The notes under the pieces: model-generated
Database searches by the model: none
What the model saw: only the letters and a program-made list of their open reading frames with translations
What the model was told of the DNA's origin: nothing
NCBI GenBank assembly: GCA_051294375.1
Contig: CM119269.1
Location: 7,669,446-7,733,445 of the forward strand
Direction of reading: 5' to 3'
Source of the DNA: Paraspadella gotoi
Taxonomy: Eukaryota; Animalia; Chaetognatha
Length of the DNA: 64,000 bases
Part shown: positions 58,261 through 64,000 of the stretch, in pieces
How the letters are laid out: each line of letters begins with the position of its first letter
How positions within the stretch are numbered: position 1 is the stretch's first letter
Position numbers and translations under genes: made by a program

Positions 58261-59437
58261 GGGCGGCGCCCTCAAAATAATTTTCCAGTTTAATTCTTAC
58301 AAGAGACTAAGCGGCTTAAAAGTTGCGTTGATCTCTCCGGCAGCCGTCGCTGGGCAGATAGCAGTGTGTCGTCTATGACATCAGAAGTGGAGAGGGAGAT
58401 GTGAGGGTGTTGGTGTCACACTATAGGAGTGGTGTATGGAAGGAGATACGATTGTAGAGATGTTCGTTACTCATAGTTTGTTGTAAGTATATGTGGGTTG
58501 ATGGACCAAATATTAGTGTTTGATTGACAGATAATTACTCGTCATGTGTAAAAAAGAGTAAAAGACAAAAACAACAGATGATAAGACAGATATCGTACTA
58601 TCATTTAGGGAGAATACATTACTAGTGCTATATATCTCATATTTAATATCTTATGATAAATCCAAACACTATCTCGCGTAAGCTTTTTATACGAGTTGCG
58701 GATGGTATATCGTAGTTGGTCCCGCCATTTTTAAAGTTATATGTACCTCTCCTAACTTGGCCCCTTCCCTCGCTTCTAACTTTTCTTCACCTTTCCTCTA
58801 TAAAATCTACTCTTTCTCTTTCTCATCTTCTCAGTTCTTTCTTCCCCGGCATCGCGCAACCGCCACCTTTCCTCTCTCCGAACTGAAAACGACTTCCATC
58901 CTCTCTCCTCTCTCATCTCTCTCTCTTCCTCCGCTCCTCTCTGTCTCTTCTCTCTCCACGAAAAACAAAAAATGAAGCAAAATTTTCTTTTCTTCTTCCG
59001 GGCAAAAAATAAAGAGAAAGAACAAAAAAAGGAGACAAAGAGAAGAGTGGAAAAGACAAACCACTGTTGGAGCTGGACGAAGGAGAAAGAGAGAGAAAAT
59101 TGGAAGTAATGAGGAGGAACGGTGGGAGGGAGGGATCAAAGAGAATAAGAATGTGTATGTTAAAGAAAAAACCAGTAGTCAAAAATATAGGTAAAAATAT
59201 ATAATATTAGCCAAAGCGTCGCAACTGCCTGAACTGTTTTTGTTATTAGACACAACATCCAGAACACAAGGAAAGGGAAGGTAGAGGAGGGAAATTGTTG
59301 GAATGGTTGGGGAGAGAGAGAGAGATACGAGAAAAGAGATGTAACTATCCTATTCTTCAATAGAGAGCCGAAAAGCACAGGGAAAAGGCGTAGAAAGATA
59401 AAAGATTGGAAGACGAATAAAAAAATTGTAAACAGAG

Positions 59438-59513
<76 letters not shown>

Positions 59514-62500
59514 AGAGAGGAGGAGAGAGAAGAGAGAAGAGAGAGAGGAGAGGGACATTGATGAAAACACAAAAAAAAGAAAAGGAGGTTTAACCGAAGA
59601 TTTCCGAGGGAATATCAAAAATATCAAAGACAGAGTGACAATACGGAATACGCGAGTTCCTTATAGAAAGGGAGTAAAACGAAAAAATTACCAGCTGAAG
59701 CAGAGAAAACGTCAAACCCAAAAACGTCAAAGATTTCCGCAAGAGAGCGTGATACCGTTAAGACGTATCACATTAATGGCGCTATTTTCTCTATTCTTCT
59801 AAGCTATTCGATTTTCACCCTTCTTGTGATTTCTCTTCATCTGAAGACTGCTGTTCGATCTCGTCGGGTTTGCTAATCGTAGCTCCGAAATGATTCTCGT
59901 ATTCCGCTCTCTTCAGCTCGACTCTCGAGATTTCCAATGTTGTTTTTCGTAGATTCTGTATAATGCCAGGTGTAATTTATGCTTTAATTTTTCCGAGTTC
60001 AGCACTCCACGATGAATATAGTCAAACATATGAACAATTTACAAATAGAGCCTCTTTGAGCGGAAAATTTTAGATATCTGTATGAGAGACTACAACAGAA
60101 TAAATTATCATCACAGAAAAAGAGTAAGTGATAATTTCTGTGCGTATTTCAAGCGACCGAATGGATGACGTACTATAATTTCAATCTTCAAATTCTCCGT
60201 CTATGAGATGAGAAACGCAGAGAGCATAAAATGATGTAGTTTTTGTTGGGCAGTGTGAGATATCGTCAACGCAAAACCAATTTTCAAAAAGCTAATCAGA
60301 TTTTCCTTGAAATATATCTAATGCGTGAAATGAAGAAGTTATTTTTATTATCCACGTTGATATCAAGATTTATATTATTTGAAAAAAAAACTTATAATGT
60401 AAAAAAAATGATACCAAAAAGAGATGTCATAAGTAGACTAATGGAGATGCTGAGGAAAAGGTCAGAAAACACTCAGCCTACTAGGCTCCTACACTCGCGT
60501 CTACCTCTTTCAGGAGAAGGAGGAGGTACGTCGAGGTTCGTTTACTCCTGGGCAAGCACAGAATTTACGGGAGGGGGAGGACGAAAAAGAAAAAATTCCT
60601 TGAAGGAATTTTTAATGAGGAGAGCAGAGGACAGGAGAATTGGAAGTCGCAGGAGGGTTTTTTATCAGGAAAAATCGAAAGAAGTTAGGCATCAACGAGC
60701 GGGGAAGCTTAAAGCACGCAAAGTACTCGTATTCCAGGCGATTCATTGTAATTTTAAACGGCGCGGAGAGAAAAAAAAAAAGGAGCCAGAGAGAGAGAGA
60801 GAAGAAGAAAGAAGAGAGCTTTTATCATCTCCGGGAGAAGCCACGAGAGGAGAAGAGAGAAGAGAGAAAGAGAGGAGAGGAGAGAGTAAGAGAGAGAGAG
60901 CAGAGAGAGAGGAGAGGAAGAGGAGAGAAGCGGACCGAAGAGAATGAACAGAGAGAGAGAGAGAGCAGTGATTGACATGGAGAAGACGAGTGAGAATCGA
61001 CCGAAACCGATGACCTATAAGAGGGGAGGTTATGTATGTGCGAAGACATCGAGCCAGTCAGTCTCACCTTTGTCGCCGCTTGGTTTTTCTGCCCATTCGC
61101 CCTTAAACACACAAAATCAAAGCTTTGTTTGCTTTCACTGTTAATTTAATCTTGCGTCATTATTTATATTTTCTACGTTCCTTCATTTGCTTTCAATTGA
61201 AGGAATGTTCTTAATGTGTTCGTAATTAACCTTGAAATACTGTAACACGGTGATAATTATCTTGAGAAAATTGTTAGAAATTAAAAGTTATAAAAAAGTT
61301 CGATTACTGAAGATGGAGGAATTAGAATAGTAGGTAATTACTTATATATTTTAATTATTAATTATTATTATATTATTACAATTTATTATTATTTATTACA
61401 ATTCAGGGACTTAAATCCTGATAATATTTTAATTATTAAGATATATTAATTATATTAATTTTTAGATCATTTCTTACGTTATGTAATTTAGATTCAAAAT
61501 AAACGCATCTTTGACAGCCTCTCGGCGGAGAGCCCCAAAAACTCTTAAAAACTTTAGATAACTTCATGGACAAACCTATGATCTCAGAAAATTTTCTCCC
61601 AAAAATAAAAAATTATCACTCAAGAATATTCATTTATTTCTTTTTCCTTCCTCCTCCACCCCTTTTCACTTCTCTCTATCTACTTTCTCCGGTCTTAATT
61701 CGATCATAAATCATCTTTATACTTCTCTCATTTCCCTTCCAGAATTCCTTCTCTCTTAAATCATTCATCAACCCGTCCATCGTTCTCCTCTCGCTCTCTC
61801 TCTCTCCTCTCTCGCTCCATCTCTAAACATCTCTTGATCCTCTTTCTAGACGATCTTCAATGCTCAAGTATATCCACTTTTTTACGTATTAATCATACTT
61901 CTTTCTTAACTAGCGACCCTTTATTACTTTAGTGCCCCTTTGCCCCCTTCCTTTTTCTTTAAAAAACAACTTACAACCCCATTAAGATTCTCTTATCCTC
62001 CTCAGAAAAAAACTCTTTCCTCCTACACGCAGCCTTCCCTCTCCTTCTCCTCTTGACCTCCCCTTTTCCCACCTCGTAATCCTTCCCTCACTCCCCTTCT
62101 CCTCTCACTCCCTGACTCACCTCCTCCTCTTATTCCTCCCGTTCTGAGTACGAATCGATACTTCAGANNNNNNNNNNNNNNNNNNNNNNNNNTTATTATT
62201 TTAGATTTTTAGCTTATAATTACTCTCTTACTCGACGAGTAAGCCGTGAAAGGAACTTGTTCTTTTCTCTTTCTCTTCATCCTTTCACTTTCTTCTCTCC
62301 TCTCGCCTCTTCCGTCTCTCTCGCACTGGTCTCGCCTTTCCTCCCCCGATTCCTGTATCGATCTCGCGAAACGTGGCTGTTTTTTTTAAAGGTTTCCTCT
62401 CCTTTCAACGCTTTTCTGGTTACATCCGGGTAAAAGTCTTTCTTCCGGTCAAGAGAATCCTTCGTTTCCGTATGTCGTTACTTCGCGGCCAAGCCGAAGC

Positions 62501-64000
62501 GAGGCGAGAAATTGGCGCCAGAATTTGAGGAGGATGAAGGACCAAAAAGGGGGGGAGGCAGCCATAGCCAAGAACAAGGGAAGGTTTTTTTGGGAAGAAA
62601 AAAAAATAACGAAACTGGGTTTTTTGAAGTTGGACAGGAAGAAAAAAAATATATAGGAATAGAAAACGAGTCGTTGAAACTTGAAAGACCCCAAGTCTAC
62701 TTTTTATGGCGAAGTCAGGTTCTTTTAAAAAGACCCAGCGAAAAAAAATATTGACGGTAAAGTTATACATCGAAACTCGACGTAAATAAACGAGAGAATT
62801 TATGAGCTGAGGTTTTTTAAACTCGAATCTTGCACTTACTCTCGAGAGGTAAGGTCGACGCGAGGACTGATTCATGGTGAGGTCAATAAACCGACTCGTT
62901 TATGGTCAACCTCGTGACTCGTTTTTTTTTCCTGAGTCAACGAGAAGAGTTTTTTTTTCACCATTGGTCTAAAAAGATGGATTGGTCAGACTTGCATGTC
63001 GTCGAATAAACAAGAGAAAGATTGCAAATGTCGTCAGTGTTAAATTCACCTCTTTTTAGGCTTTAAATTTATTTTTGATCATTGTTGACGATTGATATTT
63101 TATTAATTAACTTACTTAATTGGTAAAAACAATTACTTGGTCAATATTCGTGTGGATGAGTCAAGATTGGACCAGTTTGACGACCCATCTATTTCAAATG
63201 AAGTTTTTGTTAAGGATTAAACCTACAATTATACGTAACAAATTTCTTAGTGGCCTCCGCCCAGTTTTTATGACTGGGGTTCATTTCTGCAATTTGATGC
63301 GCAATGACTTTACTCTTAGTCTGAGGAGGAGGAGGAAGAGGAAGAGGAGGAGATGGCATTGCTGAAGACTGAAACGCAATTCGCCCTCAATTCTCGTTTA
63401 ATGATCGTTGTTGTTGTTGTTGTTGTTGTTGTCCATTCTATTTTTGTTGCGTTGTCACCGATCGTATTCTTTTGTTAACTTTGAAGTCATTATATAATAT
63501 ATATGTCATGTGCAAATAAGTAATTAAAAATAAAAGCATTACAAATTATCTATACTATCTATATTATCTATATTTACTTTTAATGAGACATAAATTTATT
63601 TTATTAAGAAAATGGGGGTACATTACAAATTGACACAACTGGCACTGCCCCCTTTAGTCAAACTTCCGACTCATGTCCGACTGAGTTAACCAGAATGAGT
63701 GGTCATCGTCGTTGTTGTTGTTGTTGTCTTCCTCGTTAATTGCTCATCTTGTGGCGTCTTTCTGAGTCGCTCTTTCTCTGACCTCGAAGTCGAGAAGAAT
63801 TTTCTTTATAGCCTTCGTCGTCGTCGTTGTCATCGTCGTTGTTGTCGTCGTCGTTGTAGTCGTCGTCGTCGTCATCATACTTCTCGTGGTCGTTATCGTT
63901 TAAAAAATAAAACATTGCATTATCGAAATCCGAAAATTTAAAAAAATTAAAAACCAAATTAATTTGCTCTCTCTCTCTCTCTCTCTCTCTCAACTCTTTC

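Noticed and set aside
60243-60947. 234-aa plus-strand ORF
   Set aside because: Low-complexity, GA-repeat-derived C-terminus in a region that looks like raw-read sequence; no domain motifs.

Overview
Eukaryotic (animal, probably invertebrate) draft-assembly window: AT-rich, microsatellite-rich, nine N-gaps, and long stretches that look like uncorrected long-read gap fill. The main feature is a spliced HCN (hyperpolarization-activated cyclic-nucleotide-gated) channel gene on the minus strand. Eight exons (45791 down to 927) splice in frame by GT-AG rules and encode the HCN domain, S1-S6 and the CIGYG pore; its first exon(s) were not found and its C-linker/CNBD exons probably lie outside the window. 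Three protein-coding genes are nested antisense in its introns: a 7-exon HEATR9-like HEAT-repeat gene preceded by RFX X-box motifs, an intronless TRC8/RNF145-like membrane RING-H2 E3 ligase, and an intronless membrane-anchored condensation-domain (HxxxDG) acyltransferase. Other features: a tRNA-derived SINE carrying a twister-ribozyme-like motif, an internally deleted Tc1 transposon, a 4-kb element with ~1-kb terminal inverted repeats present as filled and empty sites in a tandem duplication, Helentron-like repeats and several satellites. All homology calls are from recalled family motifs, not database searches.
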